DNA from: Octopus bimaculoides
Lineage: Eukaryota
NCBI RefSeq assembly: GCF_001194135.2
Contig: NC_068989.1
Span: 95,534,496-95,598,495, forward strand
Length of the DNA: 64,000 nucleotides
Direction of reading: 5' to 3'
A program made the translations under genes and the position numbers. Position 1 is the stretch's first letter; the number at the start of each line of letters is the position of its first letter. Positions 47,249 through 59,700 of this stretch are shown one piece after another. The notes beneath the pieces were generated by a model. The model was given only the letters and a program-made list of their open reading frames with translations. It was not told the origin of the DNA and did no database searches.

Positions 47249-48449
47249 ATGGAGCAACTAAATTATTAATTGCCATAGGTAAGTTAGTGTTAACATATCT
47301 AGTGTGTGAAATATTGAAAAAGTTAACTAGGAAGAAAGGAGAGCATTGAGATTAGTCAATTACCAATATCATTTAAACTCTTCTGGCAGATATGGGAAAT
47401 AACTCCAGGTATGTTTAAGTGTTCTGACCCAATAAAAGCATGAGAGAATTGGTAAGTAAATATAGATTGGTAGATTACTTGGCAAAAGAACAAAGAATTT
47501 TATGCAAAATGAAAATTCAGGGAAGCCATCTGCATGAAGAACAACAAGCAGATTAGTTCTAACTTATTTAATGCATATTTAATGACAACAGTGATTTGGC
47601 AGAGTTGCTACAATGAAAGATGGAATGTTTTATGATGCTTAATCTGGTTCTCTGCAATCCAAGATCTAGTCTCACCAAAGTACAAGTTGATTGTTTTCTC
47701 TCTCTCTGGAACAAGTCAGATGTATGAGACATGCAGAGTGATGGGCTCCATCAGGTTTAACATACTTTTGACAGACTATTTATGGCAACACTCTGGAACA
47801 TATGGTGCATTAAAAAACAAGGTAACTACATATAAATATAGAGCAAGGTAAAAAATAATATCAATCAAAAACTAATGTTATTTTCATCAGTATACTTTCT
47901 TTTTAACAATTACAAGTGGAACAATAGACTGTTACTAAAATACATGGCTTCTATTTGAAATCAATGACCTAGACACGTCAGAATAATCAGAATAAAATGA
48001 ATAAGTTAGGTGCAAATAATTCATTTACACAAAATAAAGAAAATAAAAGATGGATTTTATTTCTCATGATTAACTAAATAATAAACTAGTGAAGTGCTTC
48101 TTTCAATTTCAGAACTATATGAAGAATGAAATCTCTCAATTTTTTCAAGCCTATCACTTTAAAGAAGAAATACAAAGAAAAAGTGTAGACGCTTGCCAGA
48201 AAATTAATATTTCATCTTACTTTTATGAGAAGCATGTCTATGATGAGCATAGAAATAAACAATTTTTTTCAATTTCAAACTATTTATGAATCAACAGAAT
48301 TTTATAAAGAGAAAAATAAAAACAAGTAACAAACATGACAGAGATTGAAAAAAAAAAATACCTTTACTTCTGTCACTAATTTAAACTACAAAAAATGATT
48401 CTCTAAAATCTAGTTCAAAATTGTTTTTTATGAAAATAAGGAGAGACGC

Positions 48450-50900
48450 ACATAAAACTATGAAATTCTTTTTAACAATATCTAGAATTATTTCATAATA
48501 AAATATTGAAAATATTTAAAATATTTAGAATTCTTTCTAGAGAATCTCAGCTGACCCTTGGCATATCATCATACAAAATCTATTCAGAATTTCTTTCATA
48601 TGCCAAGCAAGTCATATAATTTTTACCATTTTTGTTTACCATGAATAAATCATTGAATACGTTTAAGAAAGCTTTTGTTTGCATTTCAAAATACACTTCT
48701 TTCACACATGCCAAGTTTGATCTTGTTCAACACTCGCTTCTCAAACTCTCCACAACTGTAAAGGGTGTCTCTTTCAAACTAAAATATAGATTTCCAGCCA
48801 ACTCTATGACAAAGGAGAGTTCCTAAAATACTGTTTCATTCGGTCTCATGAATATTCAAACCTATCCACATTTTACACAAAGAAAAGTAAACTATCTTCA
48901 CATTGTCATATCAGCCTTACATCAATTTTCTTTAATCAAAAGTGATATGGCATTTCCAGATCATTCTTGATATTTCCAAAGAAGTATATTATCTCATTCA
49001 TTTTTCTTCCTTTTTTTTTTTTTTCATTTTAATTCAGAATATATTCTTCCTTCACATCATACTATTATTAGATATTTATTACATGCTTCATAGAAATGTT
49101 CCATCACTACTTTATCGATTATACCTGTCCAAAATCCTACTAAAAAAATCATTCTTAAAGGAGATAGGAATCTCCAGTGCTATGTCTTCTTTGTTCTATC
49201 ATGGAGCCATTTTCATGCAAGTACACTCAATGGAAGTGCTAAATGTCATGAACCTGTCTTTATCAATTCTTCGAGTTTTGATATTTTCTTTAGACAGTCA
49301 TAAACTGAAGCATTTTAAGGTGTTCATTATCATGCAATTTGCACCAGTTTGCAATTGCAATCAGTTTTGAACTGAATTACTTCACAACTTGTTGCAAAAA
49401 AAAAAAAAAAATACTTGGACTACGTTCATTTTCTTTGTCAAAAAACTTTTTATTTTTTAAAGGAATGACTGTTATCAACTGTTCATTTTTTAATCACTTT
49501 TGAAGCAATAATTATTTCTTTGTCTAATTTGTAGTTTTTATTAACAAAACTGAACAGACTTTTGGAAATTTCATATAACATCCTATAGAATTACATATAA
49601 CACTTCTGAAGTTAGTCTGCAAAAGATGACAAAATTCAATTAACTATTAATTAACCTATAAAAGAAGTAGAAATCCAAGTATTTCTGCCTGTATCAATCT
49701 ACAGCAAGCCACAGAAAATTATAAGTTGATGAGAGAAAATTCAATATTCCCTAAAAAATTTTAATTTTAGAAATATAAAGTATAAAACAATACAATTAAA
49801 TAAAAAACTTATTGGAGCTACAATGCAAGTATGCATGTGTGTATTTGTGCACCGGTACATGTTTCTGAATGTTTATCTATTTCCACTTAGGGATGATAAT
49901 TGCTTATTTTCTAGAAATATTTACTTCATCAATGACAAAATGATTTTAGTTTTAAATTTCTTCTTTCTCTACTTAAAAAAAGAATTGCATTTGTAGTAGT
50001 CTATGGTCTGTAGCTAAAATAGTTGAATGATCTATCTTGCAAGAAGAGTTATAAAGTAATTTCTCTTTAATAAGTTTTTCGAAACATCTACATCATGAGA
50101 AGTAATTCTTAATTATTTAAGAAAGTTCGTGTTTCTCTTGGAAGTTTCTAGAATGTCTAGCATTCCATTAACAAAAACAGCTTGCTTGCCATGGTCTTTG
50201 CTTCTTAGTCGACTAGACTCTGAGCCATTTACGTCGTTGCTATGCCTGTCTATTTCTCTATATCATATGACTGAAAACCACCACTTAGCTGTTATTTCTG
50301 CATTTCTGAACTTCCTTGCATAGATTACTTCATTCAACTAGATTCTACATTTTGATTATGTTTCATCAACGGCCAATGAATAAAATATATCTTTATGTAG
50401 TAAATATATAATTCTTAAATTTATTCTTCTTCTTTGTAAGAATTCTTCTAATAATATACATGCAGCCATTTCAATACTTGATACAGAACATATATTCCTC
50501 ACTACACATTTGATTAGCAATCCCCTGTAGAATTGAATATCATCAGCATTTGTCTTTCTACTTCTATATTGCCTACCTTAAGCTCTCCTTATTGTTCTTC
50601 AAATAGAGAAGGATAAATGCAACACATTTTTTTCTGTTTATCCTATTTTTTGGAAACCTTTGACACTATTTTCTCAGTATCCTCTCCAGCATATTTTTAA
50701 ACCTTTTACAGACAACATGATTACTCATATATATATTGTAACATTGTAGGCTGTCTAGCTTATTAATAATGTTAATTATATTGGTTTTCTGTTTGTAAGA
50801 AAAAAATGATGTAATAATATGAAAAATTATTAGCATTTTAGCATCTATTAACCATGACAAAAAACAAAAAAGAGAAATAATCAAGGTTGGTATGCTATTA
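48450..50900 (-). mobile_element. Old A-rich LINE-like remnant (possibly L1/Tx1), antisense to the + strand
   Basis: The minus strand has KIDHSTILATDHRLLQM (APE C-terminal ID...SDHR-like motif) near 49990-50040 and coding-like but stop-riddled sequence downstream. The + ORFs here are antisense artefacts. Confidence 0.3.
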
Positions 50901-53900
50901 ATTAACCCTAGCTACTTAATTACAAGATCCACCAATTGAACTAGCTCTGTACAAGAAGATCTTTTTTGAGCATTCTTTATATGACATTGAGACCAACATT
51001 AGCATCCATTGATCAGCTCTAAATTCTATTTTTAAAATATTACAAATTCTTCTTTTTTTTTTTGATAATTTTACAACACAAACACATTGCAAAAAATAGA
51101 ATCTTATATAACTGAAAGCTCTGATGAAGATTTTTAGATATTGAAATAACCTGTCATATCGTTGTAAAGGTTGGATAAAATATATTAAATATCTTTTCTA
51201 TTAGATTTGTAACAGCTCAGATTTCTTTTCTGAAAAGAGCCAGATGCATTACAGATTATCAAAGAATATTTCTATATTGTTTCTTTTTCTTTTTTTTTTT
51301 TTGTTAAGTAGCTTCTTTTGTGAATAGATTTTTTTAATTTCAATTGAAATTTAGATCCCAATATTCACCTGAAATCCCAAGTTTTCCAAGTTCACTTCAG
51401 TATTGTTAGCTTCTACAAAGGATATCTATATCACGTGAATAGAATTGATAGACAATAATTGAATAGTATTTCCCAAAAGATGGAAGTTCAGTATGGTTTC
51501 ATTAAGGTACACTTTCTAAAAAAAATTCTCCACCTTCAACATTTAACAACACATTTTCAAAATGCTGCTCAGAGCATATCCTGAAAATGCAATTATGCAA
51601 AAACGAAATACGTCCTCTGAGTACAGTCTGAGAAAGCCATTTATCATAATTTAAACCTTTCTAACAATGGAAGAAACTATTCAATGGCTATGTTCATCCA
51701 TCATATTTAAGCAAGGAAAAGTCATGTTGAATCAGTCTTTTCGTGGTAACCCTTTACTACTACTTTCAAGCTTATTCTCTTTATCTCACGTCTTTAAGGG
51801 ATTTAATAATTGATCTTTTTGTATTATTCTTAATAAGTTGGTTTAATGAGGAGTAAGGGGGAGCATCCTTAGTGGTTTCCTGAACTGGAAAATATTGAGA
51901 CATATCTCAATGGAAATAATGTCCTTCGTGCTCATGGAGGTTTGAAGTTAAGAGAAAACAGGTTGAAAGAAAATTTCAAATGAATGTAGTTGTGTAGAAG
52001 AAGGGTTGGAAAGTATTTATTACATGTAACTTTTACTCAAACAGTAAAACAGGCTGTTTTGAAAATGAATTTCAAGATATACTCTATATGTAGTTTGTAT
52101 TCAGAAGATATTTTGCAAGTGTGATTATTTTAATATATTACAAGTATTAAAAAAACACAAAAAAACATATTTTCTTGTATTATGATATTAGAATATTTTT
52201 CATATTTAAACATCTAGAGAGATTAATGTCACTAAACGCAATTCTCATCTGGTTTATCTTAGTTCTTTTTTTGCAGCCTTGTAAAAGTCAGACTCCATCC
52301 AATAATGTTGAACTTAAAGTTTTTGAACAGTTTTGGCAAGTATGTACTATATAATATTATACATATTATTTGTAGATATGTACACACAGACATATACATG
52401 CAAGCACTGTACACAGGCTTATATATACAATAACAAATTTAGCAATTATTTGAGAAATCAGTGGCCAATAATTATTTAAAATCATTATTAACAAATATAA
52501 AAAAAATTATAACCTTGTAACATTTTTGCCATTTAAATTATGTTTTTCTAAGACTTTTGAAATAAATATTGCTTTGTAAAAGTTCTTTAAATATTAGTTT
52601 CTATGTATTAGGAAGTAAAAGTAATTACAAGTTGCTTACAAGTAAGAATATTTTTCTTAATAACTTACACTATAGCACAAATGTTCTGTACTTTCTTTTC
52701 AAAATCAATAAAAATATTTAAGAAGTTCATATTATTTAGAAGGGTCTAGTATTAAGAAAAAGGAAAGTTAATGAAATAGGGATGTTGACAAATATATGAA
52801 AACATTGAAAATAAACATTATTATATTTGATGTAGTGAAATAAATTTCGAAACCTTATAATATTAAAAAGATTTATTTGATTTAAAATAAATGAAAAATA
52901 TTTTCTCATATATGAGAAATTAAATGAATTTCAAAATTACTATAAAAAGTTATTAAATAACTAAACTTGATATATATTTGTATAGACATATGCAATAACA
53001 AGCATTACACATTTCAGAGTCTTTTACCATGAAAAGAAAATCAGTCATATTAAAATGTATTTCTCAACAAGAATTTTACTTAATAAGAAATTACATATAT
53101 ATATGTGGAAGTGTCTTTTTATTATAACCATATTTTTCCTGAGTTTTTAGTTTAGATGGTTAGCCAATAGGCAAGTATTAAAATTGCTTTGATAGAGTAG
53201 TATTCCAATAAGAAAACAAACAATTTTCAGGATATAACCAATAATTAAAGTTCCATTATAAATAAAATATGTTGTGAAAAAAGAAAGAAGAACCCACTTC
53301 CCTAGAGCTAGGTCTGGTACCGAATGCATTTCTATTAAAATAGTTGAGAAAATAGGTTAGAATTTTTAACAAAAAATAAAATCCAAAATGGTTCTTTATT
53401 TTCTGTTCACATTTTCTCAATGAAACCACTTCACAATTTCTTAAGAGAAATAATTTCAAACTGAAAGGCGTACTTGTTCTCATTCAGACCAGAAAAATAA
53501 TAATAACAACAAAAAGTGTGTCTTCAAATAAAGATAAATACTTTATATCTAAAACTTTGCATACATAACTGACACTCAGTCTACGATGTTCAAAATAAAA
53601 CTGAATAATTAATTGAGAAATAAAAATAATCCCTGAAAAACAGTGCAATTGGCCTCTGCAACCGTTGTGATGGAGAAGGAATTATGGTAGCATTTACTAT
53701 GAAATGAGACTTTTAAAGTTTACTTTAAAATAATATTAAAAAAGATAAGAACATCATTCTGATTAGAGCAATGCAGAATAGAAGAAGAACCAACAAATTA
53801 ACTAAGGTAAAAATCCTTTGGATTCTGGTTAATTTGGCTCCACAATTAAGCTCTGCTGATCTATCAAGACCCTCATCTTTATACCAATATGATTATATAT

Positions 53901-54558
53901 ACTATTAAAAATTAAACAGAATTTCTCAGCATTTGATTAGGTAATTTCTCTTTTAATCAGATGTCTATATTTAACACTAAGTAATAAAGATTGCTGGAAA
54001 TCTTCCCAATTAAAATATTATTTGTGAAACTGAAAGAAAAAAAATGAGGATAGCATTAAATAATGAAGACTGAAAATTACAGCATTAAGCAATTAAAGAA
54101 GAAATATTGGTGAAAACCTCCATTGAACTCATGATTTTGTGGCTACTGTTGCTACTCTTGCTTTCCAATTATTTCTAATTATTTTTATTATAAAAATAAT
54201 TGGCAGACCTTAAATATTTGGTCACAGTGTTCTGATAATCTATTTCAACTGAGTACATCAAACGAAAGCAGACAGAATTTCTAAATTACAACAAAACAAT
54301 AACCTGAACTATTTGTGAAATTGCCAAAATAAACTGTGAAATCAAAGCAAATAGAAAACATTCCTACATATTATTAATGAATTATTAATAAGATTAAAGA
54401 AACAACTGGAAAGGCATCAATAATATGAGAAAAAGTCAATAGCAGAGGTATAATAAGACAGCATATGTTGTCAATGGACATAAAATATTTACATTCAATT
54501 AAAATTCTCATCTGTGATAAAAGAGTAGCTATGAACAGCTAAATTTATATTCAAATGG

Positions 54559-54596
<38 letters not shown>

Positions 54597-54629
54597 TCAT
54601 CCTCATCATCTTCATCATCATCATCAAGT

Positions 54630-55810
54630 CTTGGAAAACTTAGTTGTCCTACAAAGTTTGTAGATGTGTTTAAGAAGTTTCACTAAGAAAGAGTTAACCT
54701 TAATGGTAAACTTTTTGACATGATAATAATAGACAATGGTGTGAAACAGGGTGACATAACAGCACCAACACTTTTCTCCATCTATTTCGCAGCTTGTCTG
54801 AGCTATGTTTTTGAGAGTTGCAAAGTGGGAGTTTACTTATGATTTCAGAGATCTGAAACTTATTAACTTGCATCACTTCCACACTAAATCAAAAACTTTT
54901 CAAGACATTACCTGAGAGCTGTTGAATGCAGATGGTGCTGATCTTGTTACACACAATGAGGAAGCAGATCATAATGAGTCCTTTTCCTAGGGCTTGTCTA
55001 TCAGCCTCACAAAAACCAAAGTAATGCTTACTTCTCCAGGTGAGGCTCATGCTGAGGCAAACAACAATTGAGTGTCATCGATAGGTTTCCATATCTTAAA
55101 AATAGTATCAGCAAAGATGGATCCCTTGATGTGGAAATCAATCAGAAAATTCAAAATGCCACTTTAGTATTTGGAAAACTAAAGAAAAAGGTACAAGAAG
55201 ATCAGGGCCTTCATCTAGAAACTAAGTGTATTACTATATGAATCTGAGGTGTGGGCAACCTCCAGGCAGCACATAAAACGTGCTTGAAAGGTCTCATGAG
55301 ACCTATCTTAGACAGATGTTAGGAGTTTAAGCAGACTTCTTTGACACCAAATTTGGAAATATTGAGGAGAGTCAGTTGTGAAAGCGTTGAGAAGATGACT
55401 GTCAACTGTTAAATGCATTGGGCTGGGATGATACCAGGTTGCCCAAGAGATTGTTTTATGAAAAGCTTTCAAATAAAAAAAATAAGGGGGGGGGGCAAGT
55501 CATAAGCCAAAGAAGCAATTCAAAGATGTGGTTTAAAGGATGATTTCAAGATTCTGGATATGGACATTAGAAATAGGGGATCCTTACCAATGAATGGAAC
55601 AGGCAGGTGTAGAATAATCAAAGAAGTTCATGAGAAGTTTGAGGCAAAGCATATTAAACATGTTGAGCTCAAGGGATCTTTTCAAAAAAGGAGAAAGCAG
55701 AGAGAGATTCCAGAAGATTTCAATCTAGAATTTAGATGCAGCGTGTGCACCAGAATATTTACATTTTAGACCTGATCTTGTTAATCACCAGAAGCTCACA
55801 TGTAGTAAGA
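54630..55810 (+). mobile_element. RTE-clade (BovB/Expander-like) LINE, 5'-truncated, degenerate RT and C-terminal zinc-finger region
   Basis: Frame-broken translation gives CPTKFVDVFKKFH, NGVKQGDITAPTLFSIYFA, ELLNADGADLV (FADD-box relic), GLSISLTKTKVM, IDRFPYL, EINQKIQNATLVFGKL, LLYESEVW and a terminal FRCSVCTRIF..H. Confidence 0.9.
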
Positions 55811-56069
55811 GAGACACAGGCTGACTATGGTGATCACTTGCTGCAGGGGCCAGGTAACTATGTTTGCCATGTTAGTGGAAAAATTTGTCCTTTGTAAAGT
55901 GGTTTGACCAGGCACTGTAATTCTCATCAACAAAATGAGCAGGATGGCAATATTTGTTTCCAGTATCATATTTGAGAGAAAACATGCAGCCCTGGGGCTT
56001 ACATGCCCAGAGCCAGGTACTTATCAATGACCTTTAAAGAGATGGCAGTATTCTGAAAAGAAGCAGCAG

Positions 56070-56330
56070 TCATCATCATCATCATCATTTAATGTCCATC
56101 TTCTGTGCTGGTATAGTTTGGACGGTTTGACAGGATCTGGCAAATTAAAGGACTGCACTGTCTGTTTGACATGGTTTTTTTTTTATGATTGGCTGTCCTT
56201 CATAACACCAACCACTTTACAGAGTGGACTGAGTGCTTTTTATGTGGCACCAGCACTGGCAAGGTCTGTTTTGGCATGGCTTTCATGGATGGATGCTCTT
56301 CCTAATGCCAGCTACTTTACACAGCACTAG
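56070..56330 (-). mobile_element. (GAT)n-tailed family copy (apparently two nested termini)
   Basis: (CAT)n-ttaatgtccatc..ttggacggtttgac. The ggatg..cttcctaatgcca motif appears near 56190 and again at 56311. Confidence 0.7.
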
Positions 56331-57604
56331 TACATCAGGAGCTATGAGAGCTGATTATAGATTTATTTAACAATGTGACAGCCATAGGATTATGGCCACT
56401 TCACAACCTTCTTAATGTAGTATTAATTTCAAATAGCCAAGAAATCCTGTGTACATGTTGGCAGTAATACGTATGTTCAGTGTTGTACAATAGAATTGTA
56501 TATTCACAAATTAATGTCTATAAAGAAAGCTAGCTCATCAGATCACAGGAACATCATGGTTACATGAACAGTTCATCTCTAAATATACAAAGTAAATTCA
56601 CACTTCATACACACACTGAATGGAAGGCTGGAACTAGTTGATTTGGTCAGTGAAAGAGAAGTATGAAGGTCATGACATATTCTGTTGTTATTATTATTAT
56701 AGACAAAATGATTTTCTTCACTCATGAACACCAGCATCTCAATTAAGTTCAAGTGCTAGATGGAAACTGAGGAATTCACCATCCTTAATTTAAACAAGAT
56801 AACAAGAAGAAAAAACAGACAAGAGATAAAGTAAAAATAACATAAAAGTATAAGCAAATAATATAAAAAGAATTATTTACTAAAAGTAATTATTCGGGTG
56901 GGAAAGAGGGGAAGAAAACAACTGGTGAATTGAAGATTTCACAGAGTTGATGGATGAATGCATAAAGACAGGGAGGTCAAACTAATATCAAGAAACTGTG
57001 TTCAACAGCAATAAACTTTTATACAAAGTGAAAAAGGTCATAAAAATATCACATGAAAAGCATTTGAACTCTCAAGAATTGAACTCACACATTAGCTACA
57101 CCTCAAAACACTTTTCAGCAAATAATCTGGAGTTAACAAAGTACATACACATACATAGAAACACTTACACAGACACATAAATACAAGCAGATAAATGTAA
57201 TTATACACACAAACACACAGGTACACACGCACTCACACACACATGTATACATCTGTAACTATATAGAAAGTCATAGACAGGTGAGACAACTCACCGCTAA
57301 TCCCATTCAGGAGTGATGGATATCAATATTTCACCATTTTTGTGGCTTATCAACATTATGCACTTAAATCAAATTGGGGCCAAACTGAATCACCAGTGTA
57401 GGAATGTAAAAGACACATTTACAGGCAGGTACACATTTTTAAAAGATAAACATAAATATGTACATAGAATGATATAAACACAAAGATGTATGCATATTAA
57501 TATATTACATACACATATATATAGCTACATACATGAATATATATATACACAAACATATACATCCATAGGCATGCACATATAAGCACATATATACAAATTC
57601 ACAT

Positions 57605-57785
57605 GCTGGTGACACGTACAAGGCTCCCACTACAGTCAGTGGAGTGGTTGGCATTAGAAAGAGCAACCAGCTGTAGAAATCATGCCAAAACAGACAATTG
57701 GAGCCTGGTACGGCTCTTTAGTTTACTAGCTCCTGTCAAACCATCCGACCCATGCCAGCATGAAAACAGACACTAAGTGATGATC
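57605..57785 (+). mobile_element. (GAT)n-tailed family copy
   Basis: ggagtggttggcattagaaagagcaaccagctgtagaaatcatgcc..ccatgccagcatgaaaacagacactaagtgatgat. Confidence 0.75.
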
Positions 57786-58623
57786 ACACACACACACACA
57801 CACGAGCATGAGTCTACATACACAGACATATTAGTATATCTCCTTGCACAGATGCACATTGAGATAAATATGTACATGTGTGCATACACGCACTTATACA
57901 AGCACATGCACAAGCGTATGCATGTATACACAAAGCCAATCACTAAAGATAAGAACACACACTTCTATTAGGTGAATCTACAAAAGCAAAATTGGGAATA
58001 TACAATACAAATATATTGTATAATGCTGACCATACATATGAATGCTAACATGTCTGCATACTTTCTTGCATACTGAAATGAATACTACATGAAGAAGGTT
58101 GTGAAACACATAATCCTATGGAAATCGTGTGGTTAAATAAATATATAATCCCCTCTCATATCTCTTCACTTTATATTTTTATATTCTCCTCATAGAATAA
58201 TCATATTGCTCAGATTTTCTGGATTTCCAAGGATACCGTACATAACACTACTTTGGACTGATAGTTCAGTCCACAAGAGATGCCTACTCTGATAGCCACA
58301 CGATTGGAAGAAGAGATCTTCTTTAAAAAACTTCAAGTGATATATGTAAGCATCTGAATAAAATTTATATTAATGGATATATCCTTTTAGACAATTTCCA
58401 GAAAATTTATTTGAAATATGCTTTTGTTGTTTAATTTATCTTGAAAAAAGTAATTTTCTATAGTAAGGGAGGAAAGAAAAGAAGATCATATAGTTACAGG
58501 AGATAATAAAAGCTACACAATGCAAAAATGGAGAAAAGCAACTTTTATTCAAGATTCCAGCTTGAACAAACCCTAATCTTGAATTGAAAATTTTGAAATG
58601 AGACGTAAACTGTAAATGTTGCC

Positions 58624-58669
58624 AGAATTCTTATGACATGTACATAAGAATTCTTATGACAAGAACATA
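58624..58669. repeat. 23-bp tandem duplication
   Basis: agaattcttatgacatgtacata and agaattcttatgacaagaacata, 21/23 identical. Confidence 0.85.
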
Positions 58670-59149
58670 AGAGATAAATTGCATAGCATGTGTGATTGAG
58701 TTGTGATATTCAAATCATGCATCAGATTGTTGAAAAGCTCATGGTGATTGTTAATCTATTGTTGCAAATATCAAGATGCCAATGTTTCTATGGAAGGCCT
58801 TGATATAAACTGTAATATCTGTATTCTGGTAGTTGTCAAAATACCTTCTGACAAACTCTCATGTTCATATGTTCTTCAATATGTAATGGTTGGATGCTAC
58901 TGTTAATGCAAAATGTTACAATTTATTCATTCAATAAAGGATTCTACACAATAAACTCAAATGCATTTGTCTGGCCATTTGCCACTGAGTATAAACTAAC
59001 AGGATCAAAAGATTGGGGGGGGGGGACAAATAGCTTGCTAAAGAAGGTCCCAAATAGTAAAGAATCATGTACAGTGCATCTTTCCTTATGATGGATCAAA
59101 CCATATTGGTGATAAATTCCTTCAAGTGTGAGTTCTTGATTTTTTTTTT

Positions 59150-59700
59150 TGTTCTGCTAATCTGTTATGGCCTTATCCTAATGAAGGCATTGCAATAATC
59201 ATTTCAGGATCTCAGGATGTTATAAGAACTTCTTAGTGTTGATAATATTTTTTTACAGTTTAGTCAGAGAAGGAAGAACAGGCACCCTCATTCAGTATTC
59301 TCGGGACGGCCTTTGAGATTTGTTGGGGAAAATGAAGGAAGAAACCACAACTCATATGTTATTTTCTGACCAGAAATCTGGTCTGAATATTTGCAATTCA
59401 GTGAACTTTGCCAAGTGTGTCCAAGGACCAAGTGATGGTGTTGAAGTGAGCAACAGATTCCAAGATAGCTCAACTGCACTAACTTTAATTTTGATATTAT
59501 TGCTCTTGTTTAGCATCAGTTGGAAACAGTTGTTTGAAATAGATTATCAAACCTTCAGAAGAAAACTTTCAGAAGAGGTTTGTGAATTATCAATCATTTA
59601 TAGATAGAAATCTCAGAGTGAATGCAATCTCAAAACTGCACACTCAAATGTCTTAATGGTATTTTGCACTTGTTTGTAATGACACTAGAAAGATAATATC
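59150..59700 (+). mobile_element. Older RTE-type LINE reverse-transcriptase fragment
   Basis: SRDGL*DLLGKM and VQGPSDGVEVSNRFQDSSTALTL resemble the VSRDGLWKIL and SF.V.NGVKQGCVLAPTLF motifs seen in the 54630 copy; many stops. Confidence 0.6.

Noticed and set aside
48942-49370. 142-aa + strand ORF and neighbouring ORFs at 48089 and 48632
   Set aside because: F/I/L-rich antisense reading of an A-rich LINE-like remnant; not gene-like.
53298-53331. 34-nt minus-strand exon candidate (NAFGTRPSSRE) that links in phase with 61230-61281 and 35549-35600
   Set aside because: The joined peptide is unrecognisable, and the chain would have to skip the homology-supported RXYLT1 exon lying between them.
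2769-57971. The many supplied ORFs with ERER, CVCV, HTHT, YIYI, poly-D/E/P/H/L or X runs
   Set aside because: They are translations of microsatellites, SINE bodies and N-gaps.
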